A program made the position numbers and the translations under genes. Below are positions 40,705-52,520 of a stretch of 64,000 bases of DNA, piece after piece. The stretch spans positions 25,234,001-25,298,000 of the forward strand of contig NC_086108.1 of the NCBI RefSeq assembly GCF_963921235.1, in the 5' to 3' direction. The notes beneath the pieces were generated by a model, which worked only from the letters and a program-made list of their open reading frames with translations, had not been told where the DNA came from and did not search any database. This DNA comes from Mobula hypostoma (Eukaryota). The first letter of the stretch is position 1; every line of letters begins with the position of its first letter.

Positions 40705-42592
40705 GTTCAAAGTTCAAAATAAATTTATTATCAAAGTACGTATATGTCACCATAGTCAACCCTTAGATTCATTTTCTTGTGGGCATTCACAGAAAATACA
40801 AGAACCACAATGAAATCAATGAAAGGCCAACCCCAACAGGATGGACAAGCTATCAATGTGCAAATATAATAAATTAGTAGATAGATAGATAGATAAATAC
40901 GTAAATAAACATGGAGAGCACGAGGTGAAGAATCGTTGAAAGTGAGTTCATAGGTTATGAGAACAGTTCAGTGATGGGGTGGGTGAAGTTATCCTCTCTC
41001 GTTCAATAGCTTGATGGTGGAGTGGCAATAAATATTCCTGAACCTGTTGGTGTGAGTCCTGAAGCTCCAGTACCTTCTTCCAGATGGCTGCTGTGAGAGG
41101 AGAGCATGTCCTGGGTGACAGCAGACAATAGACAATAGGTGCAGGAGTAGGCCATTCAGCCCTTCGAGCCAGCACCGCCATTCACTGTGATCATGGCTGA
41201 TCACCCGCAATCAGTATCCAGTTCCTGCCTTATCCACATAACCTTTGATTGCGCAATCTTTAAGAGCTCTATCCATCTCTTTCTTGAAAGCATCCAGAGA
41301 CTTGGGCTCCACAGCCTTCTGGGGCAGAGCATTCCTTATATCCACCACTCTCTGAGTGAAAAAGTTTTTCCTCAACTCCGTTCTAAATGGCCTACCCCTT
41401 ATTCTTAAACTGTGGCCTCTGGTTCTGGACTCACCCATCAGCGGGAACATGCTTCCTGCCTCCAGCATGTCCAATCCCTTAATAATCTTATATGTTTCAA
41501 TAAGATCCCCTCTCAGCCTTCTAAATTCCAGAGTATACAAGCCCAGTCGCTCCAATCTTTCAACATATGACAGTCCCGCCATCCCAGGAATTAACCTTGT
41601 GAACCTACGTTGCACTCCCTCAAGAACCTTGTGAACCTACGCTGCACTCACTCAAGAATGTCCTTCCTCAAATTTGGAGACGAAAGCTGCACACAGTACT
41701 CCAGGTGTGGTCTCACTGGGGCCCAGTGCAACTGCAGAAGGACCACTTTGCTCTTATACTCAATTCCCCTTGTTATGAAGGCCAGCATGCCATTAGCTTT
41801 CTTCACTACCTGCTGTACTTGCATGCTTGCTTTCAGTGACTGATGTACAAGAATACCTAGATCTCGTTGTACTTCCCCTTTTCCTAACTTGACTCCATTT
41901 AGATAATAATCTGCCTTCCCGTTCTTACCACCAAAGTGGACAACTTCACATTTATCCACATTAAACTGCATCTGCCATGCATCTGCCCACTCGCGCAGCC
42001 TGTCCAAGTCACCCTGCATTCTCATAACGTCCTCCTCACATTTCACACTGCCACCCAGCTTTATGTCATCGGCAAATTTGCTAATGTTACTTTTAATTCC
42101 CTCATCTAAATCATTAATATATATCATAAACAGCTGCGGTCCCAGCACTGAACCCTGCGGTACCCCACTAGTCACCACCTGTCATTCCGAAAGGGAGCCG
42201 TTAATCGCTACTCTTTGTTTTCTGTCAGCCAGCCAATTTTCAATCCATGTCAGTACTCTGCCCCCTATACCATGTGCCCTAATTTTGCCCACTAATCTCC
42301 TACGTGGGACATTCTCAAAGGCTTTCTGAAAGTCCAGGTACACTACATCCACTGGCTCTCCCTTGTCCATTTTCACAGTTACATGGTGGGGGTCCTTGAT
42401 TATGGATGCTGCTTTCCTGTGATAGCACTCCATGTAAATGTGCTCAATGGTGGGGAGGGCTTTACCTGTGTTGGACTGGGCTGTATCCATTACTTTTTGT
42501 CAGCTTTTCCATTCAAAGGCATGGGTGTTTCCATACAACCAGCCAATATAGCCAATATAGCTTTAAGTGACATGGCAAATCTTTGCAAACTT
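40705..42592 (-). mobile_element. Rex1 3' fragment split by a CR1 insertion
   Basis: Tail at 40705-40735. HPGHALL segment ends ~41117 and KAASIIKDPHH resumes at ~42384. Confidence 0.8.
41118..42383 (-). mobile_element. Relatively young 5'-truncated CR1 with (CTATTGT)n tail
   Basis: VVYLDFQKAF, SGVPQGSVLGPQLF, KFADDIKLGG, QRRFTRLIPGM. Internal 32-bp tandem duplication at 41593-41656. Confidence 0.92.
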
Positions 42593-44139
42593 CCACTTTT
42601 GTTGATTAGAATGGATCTGGTTGCACCGGCAATCCCTTTCCTATTTACCATTGAGAGTTTGATGGTAAGCTACCTTCTTGAACAGTTCTTTTAGTGTCAG
42701 TACTCCCATAGGATTTCAGCATTTTGGCCCAGTGAAAATGAAGTGTAGGCAATTTATTTCCAAATACGGATGGTGTAAACCTGGGAGAAGTTGCGGTTGG
42801 TGGTAATGCCATCACCTTCTCTCCTTACCTTTCATGTTGACTTTGGTAATTGCTGTCAAAATAGCCTAGGCAAGTAGCTACTGTGATTTGTAGATGGTAC
42901 ACACTACATCCACAGTGCACCACTGCTGATGGGAATGAGTGTTTCGCCTCGTTGATAGGCTGCCAATCAAGCAGCCGGTTTGCTGTGTAACGTGCTGGGT
43001 TTCTTGAGCGCTGTTCAGTCTTCTCACTATTGTTACTGCTGCTATTTCCTAAAAATTCCCTGAGGGTCACCAGAATAAAATTTACTTCAGTAAAGGTGAA
43101 ATCCACAGAGGTCGCTGTATCCTTGTGCTCATCATTCTTCCAGCACACCACCACAAAACCAGAGCTTTTCATATCTCTCATCCTGAAAGTTACAACTCGA
43201 TGTGCTAAATGTGAATGTGTTTCTATCCAATTACCACCGCATTCCATTAAGAACTAATTTAAAATAGCTAGAAACAAATTCTCAGTCAGTAGTGTTCAAT
43301 GTGCAACATAATCACGTCAGTGCTTGTACGTTTCCTCCAAAATTCATCCACTAAACTGAGCTGAGACTCTATGAAGATTATTTAGTGCATTTTGTCTGGA
43401 TTAGATTCTAGATGTAGTATCAGTTAGCAAGTTTCATCTGTGCATCTATTTCCAACCATTGATACCGGCTACGGACTTGATTATATTCATTTTCATATTC
43501 CCATGTAACAGCTTTAACTTTCTACCTTTGATTTGTGAGTTGGAATTCAATTGTTTGCCCATAACCATTAATGTTGTATCAAGAGTCAATACTTTCTCCA
43601 AAAGTGAAGCAATGCAACCTGATTTCAATTCAATTCAAGTTTAATTGTCATTTAACCATCTATGAATACAGCCAAATGAAACAGCATTACTCAGGGGTCA
43701 AGATGCAAAGACATGTTACCAACAGTCACACACAGTAAGCACACATAAGATTGCAATTCCATAACAAGAGTCATGAGGCCTACCTCCCTCCCCAAACCCC
43801 CCATGACACCACAGCTTGATGCATACAAGTCCACAAACCCACAAAGAATATCAGTAAAAATATAACAATGCAAAATATGTATAATATATAGCAACCAGAG
43901 TGCAAAGTTTATACATTTTCCAGAAGGGGAAAGAAGAATCCTCTTCAAACATTTATTTCTGCTGAATATTTAGCACTCCTGATATACTTTAAAATGTTAT
44001 TCAAGAGAGTTTGTACATCTCCACTGCTATGGAGATCTGACCATTGGTTGTGGTGATACCGTATTAATTGCATCAGTACCAAGTTCAGTAAAAATGGCAA
44101 TCCTTTCTTATGGAGGAAAAATTCTGGTTTGGCTGCATT

Positions 44140-44640
44140 GAAGTACTGCATTCATTCTGGCCATCCCATTAGAAGAAAGATATGGCAGCTTTTGAGAGGG
44201 CATGGGAGGTTTATCAGGGTGCTGCCTGTATTTGAGGGCATGAGCCGTGAGGAAGGTTTGAACAAGCAAGTGTTGCTTTCTCTTAGGTAGCACAGGCTGA
44301 GTGGGGAAGTTTACAAAATTATGAGAGTTATAGATAGGCTGCAAGTATCCTTTTCCTGGGGTCAAAAAAGTCTAATTTCAGAGACTATGTATTTAAGGTG
44401 AGAGAGGGCAAGTTCAAAGGAGATGTGCTGGGCAAGTCTTGTGTACAGGGAGTAGGAACCTGAATGCACTGCCGAGGTTAGTAGTGGAGACAGATACAAT
44501 ATAGATATTTAAGAGGCACATGAATATGCTGAGAATAGAGGGAATGGACAATACATGGGCAGAAGGGATTATAGTCTCAATCTGGAATCATTAGCTTAAT
44601 TAGTTCAGCACTGAGGGCCAAAGGAGCTGATCTATTTTAT
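44140..44640 (+). mobile_element. Old CR1 3' fragment
   Basis: Decayed LKYCIHSG/RKIW segment and CR1 3' UTR (TTTAAGGTGAGAGAGGGCAAGTTCAAAGGAGATGTG). Confidence 0.6.
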
Positions 44641-46017
44641 GCTCCAAGAAGAAAGGAACATTCATCTTTACTCTTGTGGAGTAATTCATCACAGAGATGC
44701 AAAGCCACATAATTGTTTTATTCACTTACACAAGAGTATACACACCATGGATCAATCAACCTGTGCACGTGAGAGTCTTAAGCAGTCACTCTTATTCCAA
44801 TTTGATAAACAAGGCTGGAGCAGTAGAACCACAATGATATTCCATTGGTTCGGTCAGACTGGGTATTCTCATGGCTCACGGCACAAAAACAGCCACGTTG
44901 AAATGAAAGTCAGATGGTGTTATATAATTATAAATGAACAACCCATTAACAGGATATAGGAACACAGTTCAATGGAGTAATTTAACTCACCAAACCTGAT
45001 ATAAAGTAAAAGAATATCAGCAGTTGTGTCTCATTTCTTTTCCTCCTCAGTACACAGACCATATCCAGGTTAAAGTTTCAGAATAAGAATTCATTAACAT
45101 AATTAAGCTTTGTCCTTACCCATATACAAATAAACTTCAAAAGTTCACTAACTCTAATTGCTCATGTATCCAGAGGTGTGCAGGCTGCAGGTTATGATAT
45201 GTTTGGAACTGTAGAATGGAGAATCCACATTCTATGCAACATATTGGGAAACTTTGTGAACAACCATAAAGGTGATAAAATATAATGTTAGTTTATTACC
45301 TTGACTACTGATTGAGTAGACCTTATGTGCTGTCCCCATGGCAACATTGGTTTCTTTAGGTATTCTGGTTTCCTGCCTCATCCTAATGATGTGCTGATTG
45401 GGCAATTCGCCACTTAAATTACCTTAGTGTGGGTAATTGGCAAAATAAATATGGGGAATTAATGGGTATGTGAAAGAAACTTAGTTGTAGTAGGATTATA
45501 CCAAAAAGCTTCAAAACCTGAGCCTTTGTACCTTCCTCAGCATCTGGATCTTTGACTTCCTTAGGGGAATACCTCATCCTATATGGATTAGAAATCGGAA
45601 ATAACGCCTCCAACTAACTGACAATCAACACTGCACACCTCAAGGATGTGTACTTAGCCCACTACTCCACTCTGTCTCCACCCATTACTGTGCGGCTAGG
45701 CACTGCTTAAATGCCAGCTATAAAATTGCTGATGACACAACTGTTGTTAACAGAATTTCAGATAGTGACAAAAAGGCATACAGGAGTGAAATGAATCAGC
45801 TAGTTGAGTGGTGTCACAGCACCAAACTTGCACTCTGTGTCAATAAGACCAAAGAACTGAGTGTGGACTTCAGAAAGGATAAGATGAGGAAACACATACA
45901 CCAGTCCTCATTGAGGGATTAGAAGTGGAGAGAGTGAGCACTTTCAAGTTCCTTGGTGCCAATATCTCTGAGGATCTAATCTGGACCCAACATATCATGA
46001 CAGTAAAGGCATGACAG

Positions 46018-46149
46018 TGTTTTGGTGAAGGGTCTCAGGCCGAAATGACAACTGTACTCTTTTCCATAGATGCTGCCTGGCCTGCTGGGTTCCTCCAGCA
46101 TTTTATGTATGTTGGTTGGATTTCCAGCATCTGCAGATTTTCTCTCTTT
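46018..46149 (+). mobile_element. Short Penelope 3' end (from the hammerhead to the tail)
   Basis: TGAAGGGTCTCAGGCCGAAATGACAACT...CATCTGCAGATTTTCTC. TSD AGGCATGACAG/AGGCATGTCAG at 46007-46017 and 46150-46160. Confidence 0.8.
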
Positions 46150-48075
46150 AGGCATGTCAGCAACTATATTTCATTAGGAGTTTGAGGAGATTTTGTATGT
46201 CAAAAAAGGCACTCACAAATTTCTATACATGTACTGTGGAGAGCATTTTAACTGGCTGCATCACTGAAAGGACTACTGCACAGGATTGAAGGAAGCTGCA
46301 GAAAGTTGTGAACTCAGTCAGCTTTATCATGGGCACTAGTCTCCCTAGCATCGAAGTCATCTTCAAGGAGTGATGTCTCAAAAAAGGCAGCATCCATAAT
46401 TAAGGACCCCAATCACCCAGGACATGCCCTCTTTTCATTGCTACCAACAGGAAGAAGGTACAAGATCCTGAAGGCACATACTCAGTGATGGGGAAGGGAT
46501 GTGCTCAGACTGATGGTTTGAGATGTGTCTATTTTAATGTAAGAAGTATCATAAACAAAGCAGATGAGCTTGGAGTGTGGATCAGTACTTGGAGCTAAGA
46601 CGTTGTAGCCATTACAGAGACTTGGATGCATCAGGGGCAGGAATGGCTACTTAGCGTGCCAGGCTTTAGATGATTCAGAAAGGACAGGGAGTGAGGCAAA
46701 CGAGGTGGGGGCATGGCACTGTTGATCAGAGAATGTCACGGCTGCAGAAAAGGAGGAAGTCATGGAGGGATTGTCTACTGAGTCTCTGTGGATGGAAGTT
46801 AGGAACCGGAAGAGGTCAATAACTCTACTGGGTATTTTTTTATAGACCACCCAATAATAACAGGGACATCGAGGAGCAGATAGGGAGACAGATTCTGGAA
46901 AGGTATAAGAATAACAGGGTTGGCATGGTGGGAAATTTTAATTTCCCTGATATTGATTGGCATCTCCCTAGAGCAAGGGGTTTAGATGGGTGTGGAGTTT
47001 GTTAGGTGTGTTCAGGAAGGTTTCTTGACACAATATATAGATAAGCCTGCAAGAGAAGAGGCTGTACTTGATCTGGTATTGGGAAATGAACCTGGTCAGG
47101 TGTCACATCTCTCAGTGGGAGAGCATTTTGGAGATAGTGATCACAATTCTATCTCCTTTACCATAGCATTGAAGAAGGATAGGAGTAGACAAGTTAGGAA
47201 AATGTGTAATTGGAGTAAGGGGAAATATGAGGTCATCAGGCAGGAACTTGGAAGCATAAATTGGGAACAGATGTCCTCAGGGAAATGTATGTCAGAAATG
47301 TGGCAAATGCTCACGGGATATTGGCGTGGCGTTCGGCGTAGGTACATTCTAATGAGACAGGGAAGGGGTGGTAGGGTGCAGGAACCATGGCGTACAAAGA
47401 CTGTTGAAATCTAATCTAGTCAAGAAAAAAAGAAAAGCTTATGAAAAGTTCAAAAAACTAGGTAATGATAGAGATCTAGAAAATTATATGGGTAGCAGAA
47501 AGGAGTTAAGAATGAAATTAGGAGAGTCAGAAGGGGCCATGAGAAGGCCTTGGTGAGCAGGATTAAGGAGAACCCCAAGGCATTCTGCAAGTATGTGAAG
47601 AGCAAGAGGATAAAATGTGACAGAATAGGACCAATCAAGTGTGACATGGAAAAGTGTGTACGGAACCGAAGGAGGTAGTGGTGGTATTTAATTAATACTT
47701 TGCTTTAGTATTCACTATGGAAAAGGACCTTGGCAATTGTAGGGATGACTTAATTGCAGACTGAAAAGCTTGAGCATAGAGACATTAAGAAAGAGGATGT
47801 GCTGGAGCTTTTGGAAAGCATCAAGTTGGATAAGTCACCAGGACCGGACAAGGCTACTGTTGGAGGTGAGGAGGAGATTGCTGAGCCTCTGACAATAATC
47901 TTTGCATCATCAGTGAGGATGGGAGAAGTTCCGGAGGATTTGTTGCAGATGTTGTTCCCTTATTCAAGAAAGGGAGTAGAAATATCACAGGAAATTATAG
48001 ACCAGTGAGTCTTACTTCAGTCAACACACATCAAACTTGCTGGTGAACGCAGCAGGCCAGGCAGCCTCTCTATAC

Positions 48076-48111
48076 AGTCGACATTTCGGGCGGAGACGCT
48101 TCGTCAGGACA
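48076..48111 (-). ncRNA. Minimal hammerhead ribozyme motif (helix II mutated)
   Basis: Minus strand TGTC-CTGACGA-A-GCGTCTCCGCCC-GAAA-TGTC-GACT. Confidence 0.6.
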
Positions 48112-50736
48112 GACTGAAAGAAGAGTTAGAAAGAGATTTGAAAGTGGGGGGGGAGGGGGAGATCTGAAATGATAGGAGAAGACAGGAAGGGGAGAGATGG
48201 AGCCAAGAGCTGAACAGGTGATTGGCAAAGGGGATGTGAGAGGATCATGGGACAGGAGGCCCAGGGAGAAAGATGAAGGGGGGGGGACCCAAAGGATGGG
48301 CAAGGGGTATAGTCAGAGGGACAGAGGGAGAAAAAGGAGAGTGAGAGAAAGAATGTGTGTATAAAAATAAATAACAGATGGGATACGAGGGGGTGGTGGG
48401 GCATTAGCGGATGTTAGAGAAGTCAATGTTCATGCCATCAGGTTGGAGGCTACCAGATGGAATATAAGGTGTTGTTCCTCCAACCTGAGTGTGGCTTCAT
48501 CTTGACAATAGAGGAGGCTGTGGATAGACATGTCAGAATGGGAATGGGATGTGGAATTAAAATGTGTGGCCACTGGGAGATCCTGCTTTCTCTGGCGGAC
48601 AGAGCGTAGGTGTTCAGCAAAGCAGTCTCCCAGTCTGTGTCGGGTCTCGCCAATATATAGAAGGCCACATCGGGAGCACCGGACGCAGTATATCACCCCA
48701 GCCGACTCACAGGTGAAGTGTCGCCTCACCTGGAAGGACTGTCTGGGGCCCTGAATGGTGGTAAGGGAGGAAGTGTAAGGGCATGTGTAGCACTTGTTCC
48801 ACTTAAAAGGATAAGTGCCAGGAGGGAGATCAGTGGGGAGGGAGGGGGGGGGTATGAATGGACAAGGGAGTCGCGTAGGGAGCGATCCCTGCGGAAAGCG
48901 GGGCGGGGGGGAGTGAAAGATGTGCTTAGTGGTGGGATCCCGTTGGAGGTGGCGAAAGTTACGGAGAATAATATGTTGGACCCGGAGGCTGGTGGGGTGG
49001 TAGGCGAGGACCAGGGGAACCCTATTCCTAGTGCGGTGGTAAAAGGATGGAGCGAGAGCAGATGTGCGTGAAATGGGGGAGATGTGTTTGAGAGCAGAGT
49101 TGATGGTGGAGGAAGGGAAGCCCCTTTCTTTAAAAAAGGAGGACATCTCACTTGTCCTGGAATGAAAAGCCTCATCCTGAGAGCAGATGCGGCAGAGACA
49201 GAGGAACTGCGAGAAGGGGATGGCATTTTTGCAAGAGACAGGGTGAGAAGAAGAATAGTCCAGATAGCTGTGAGAGTCAGTAGGCTTATACTAGACATCA
49301 GTGGATAAGCTGTCTCCAGAGACAGAGACAGAAAGATCTAGAAAGATCTAGAAAGGGGAGGGAGGCGTCGGAAATGAACCAGGTAAACTTGAGGGCAGGG
49401 TGAAAGTTGGAGGCAAAGTTAATAAAGTCAAAGAGCTCAGCATGCGTGCAGGAAACAGCGCCAATGCAGTCGTCGAGGTAGTGAAGGAAAAGTGGGGGAC
49501 AGATACCAGAATAGGTACGGAACATAGATTGTTCCACAAAGCCAACAAAAAGGCAGGCATAGCTAGGACCCATACGTGTGCCCATAGCTACACCTTTAGT
49601 TTGGAGGAAGTGGGAGGAGCCAAAGGAGAAATTATTAAGAGTAAGGACTAATTCCACTAGATGGAGCAGAGTGAAAGAAGCGGAGAGCTTTGAGACCTTC
49701 TTGATGGGGGTTGGAAGTATATAGGGACCGGACATCCATGGTGAAAATAAAGCGGTGGAGGCCAGGGAACTTAAAATCATCGAAATGTTTAAGCGCGTGA
49801 GAAGTGTCACGAATATAGGGAAGAAGGGATTGAACAAGGGGGGATAAAACCGTGTCGAGGTATGCAGAAACGACTTCGGTGGGGCAGGAGCAAGCTGAGA
49901 CAATAGGTCTGCCAGGACAGGCAGATTTGTGGATCTTGGGTAGGAGGTAGAAACGGGAAGTGCGAGGTGTGGGAACTATAAGGTTGGTAGCAGTGGATGG
50001 GAGATGCCCTGAGTGGATAAAGTCGGTGATGGTGTGGAAGACAATGGCCTGGTGCTCCTTAGTGGGGTCACGATCGAGGGGTAAATAAGAGGAGGTATCC
50101 GCGAGTTGTCACTGTGCCTCGACAAGGTAGAGGTCAGTACGCCAGACTACAACAGCACCCCCCTTATCGGCGGGTTTAATAGTAAGGTTAGGATTAGTGC
50201 AGAGTGAGTGGAGAGCAGAGCGTTCGGAAGACCTATGCTCTGTCCGCCAGAGAAAGCAGGATCTCCCAGTGGCAACACATTTTAATTCCACATCCCATTC
50301 CCATTCTGACATGTCTATCCACGGCCTCCTCTACTGTAAAGATGAAGCCACACTCAGGTTGGAGGAACAACACCTTATATTCCGTCTGGGTAGCCTCCAA
50401 CCTGATGGCATGAACATTGACTTCTCTAACTTCCGCTAATGCCCCACCTCCCCCTCGTACCCCATCCGTTATTTATTTTTATACACACATTCTTTCTCTC
50501 ACTCTCCTTTTTCTCCCTCTGTCCCTCTGACTATACCCCTTGCCCATCTTCTGGGTGTTTCCCCCCCCCCCCGGTCTTTCTCCCTGGGCCTCCTGTCCCA
50601 TGATCCTCTCATATCCCCTTTACCAATCACCTGTCCAGCTCTTGGCTCTATCCCTCCCCCTCCTGTCTTCTCCTATCATTTCTGATCTCCCCTCTCCCTC
50701 CCACTTTCAAATCTCTTACTAACTCCTCCTTCAGTT

Positions 50737-50772
50737 AGTCCCGACGAAGGGTCTCGGCCTGAAACGTCGACT
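50737..50772 (+). ncRNA. Minimal hammerhead ribozyme motif (core U4C variant)
   Basis: AGTC-CCGACGA-A-GGGTCTCGGCCT-GAAA-CGTC-GACT; palindromic ACGT helix III; predicted cleavage after GTC (50768). Confidence 0.65.
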
Positions 50773-52305
50773 GCACCTCTTCCTAGAGATGCTGCCTGGC
50801 CTGCTGCGTTCACCAGCAACTTTGATGTGTGTTGCTTGAATTTCCAGCATCTGCAGAATTCCTGTTGTTTGAGTCTTACTTCAGTGTTTGGTAAGTTGAT
50901 GGAGAAGATCCTGAAAGGCAGGATTTATGAACATTTGGAGAGGGATAATATGATTAGGAATAGTCAGCATGGCTTTGTCAAAGGCAGGTCACGCCTTACG
51001 AGCCTGATTGAATTTTTTGAGGATATGACTAAACACATTGATGAAGGTCGAGCAGTAGATGTAGTGTATATGGATTTCAGCAAGGCATTTGTTAAAATGC
51101 CCTATGCTAGGCTTATTGAGAAAGTAAGGAGGCATGGGATCCAAGGAGACCTTGCTTTGTGGATCCAGAATTGGCTTGCACACAGAAGGCAAAGAGTGGT
51201 TGTAGATGGGTCATATTCTGCAGGGAGGTGTGCTCAGGGATTTGTTCTGGGACCACTTCTCTTCATGATTTTTATAAATGACCTGGATGAGGAAGTGGAG
51301 GGATGGGTTAGACAATTTGCTGATGACACAAAGGTTGGGGGTGTTGTGGATAATGTGGAGGGCTGTCAGAGGTTGCAGTGGGACATCGATGGGATGCAAA
51401 ACTGGGCTGAGAAGTGGCCGATGGATTTCAACCCAGATAAGTGTGAGATGGTTCATTTTGGTAGGACAAATATGATGGCAGAATATAGTATTAATGATAA
51501 GACTTTTGGCAGTGTGGAGGATCAGAAGGATCTTGGGGTCCGAGTCCATAGGACACTCAAAGCTGCTGCGCAGGTTGACTGTGTGGTTAAGAAGGCATAC
51601 AGTGTATTGGCCTTCATCAACCATGGGATTGAGTTCAAGAACCGAGAGGTAACGTTACAGCTCTATAGGACCCTGGTCAGACCCCATTTGGAGTACTGTG
51701 CTCAGTTCTGGTCACCTCACTACAGGAAGGATGTGGAAACTATAGAAAGAGTGCAGAGGAGATTTACAAGGATGTTGCCTGGATTCGGGAGCATACCTTA
51801 TGAGAATAGGTTGAGGGAACTTGGCCTTTTCTCCTTGGAGTGACGGAGGATGAGAGGTGACGTGATAGAGATGTACAAGGTGTTGAGAGGAATTGATCCT
51901 GTGGATAGTCAGAGGCTTTTTCCCAGGGCTGAAATGGCTAAAACGAGAGGGCACAGTTTTAAGGTGCTTCGAAGTAGGTACAGAGGAGATGGCAGGGGTA
52001 AGTTTTTAACCCAGGGCGTGGAATGGGCTGCCAGTGACAGTGGTGGAGGTGGATACAATAGGGTATTTTAAGAGACTTTTGGATAGGTACATGGTGCTTA
52101 GGAAAGTAGAGGACTATGGGTAACCCCAGGTAATTTCTAAAGTAAGTACATGTTTAGCACAGAATTGTGGACCGAAAGGTCTATATTGTGCTGTAGATTT
52201 TCTATGTTCTATGCTCACTGATTCAAGAGCAGCTTCTTCTCCTCTGCCATCAGATTTCTGAATGTACCTTAAACTCATGGACAGTACATCACTACTTTTA
52301 TTTTG

Positions 52306-52520
52306 CCACCGTTGCAGCAGAGGGGGCCTCAAGATGGCTGTGGCTCAAAAGAGGGAAGCCATGGAGTCATAAGTAGCTAGCCATCTGGACACAAGCTGGG
52401 GTCTGATCAGCCCTGGCTGGGTCACCTGGAGGAGGGTGTTTGATGTTGAAAGACCCGAAACACCCGATGATTCCAGGAACATCACTGAAGATGTGTCCAG
52501 AAGCATCAATAGATGTATGT
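52306..52520 (+). mobile_element. 3' end of a Hero-like (RLE-type) non-LTR element
   Basis: Encodes TVAAEGASRWLWLKRGKPWSHK*, followed by a structured 3' UTR (GGGTGT...ACACCC). Family assignment from memory. Confidence 0.55.

Larger units (their letters stand above)
48022..50869 (-). mobile_element. Penelope-like (Neptune-type) retroelement: 5'-truncated RT-GIY-YIG copy on minus (48022-50230) joined to an inverted 3' copy on plus (50231-50869)
   Basis: IKPADKGGAVVV, FYLLPKIHK, GVAMGTRMGPSYA, YLDDCIG, CYTC linker, VIYCVRCSRCGLLYIGET. Exact 16-bp TSD TGAGTCTTACTTCAGT at 48006-48021 and 50870-50885. Confidence 0.95.
46490..52213 (+). mobile_element. CR1 LINE, essentially complete ORF2 (degenerate), with a nested PLE
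   Basis: CVYFNVRSIINKADEL, ITETW, LDLVLGNEPGQV, GDSDHNSI. NYRPVSLTSVFGK is restored on removing 48022-50885. RT open frame at 50871-51843. Tail TCTATGTTCTATG. Confidence 0.93.

Noticed and set aside
42825..43247. Preceding ASTN1 exon (HKDTATSVDF loosely resembles the expected segment)
   Set aside because: Similarity is weak compared with the near identity of the true exon, and no matching splice sites or phase were found.
52435..52465. Hammerhead in the Hero-like 3' UTR (TGATG...CGAAAC)
   Set aside because: It lacks CUGAnGA, a proper helix II and an NUH triplet; only a simple GGGTGT/ACACCC stem is supported.
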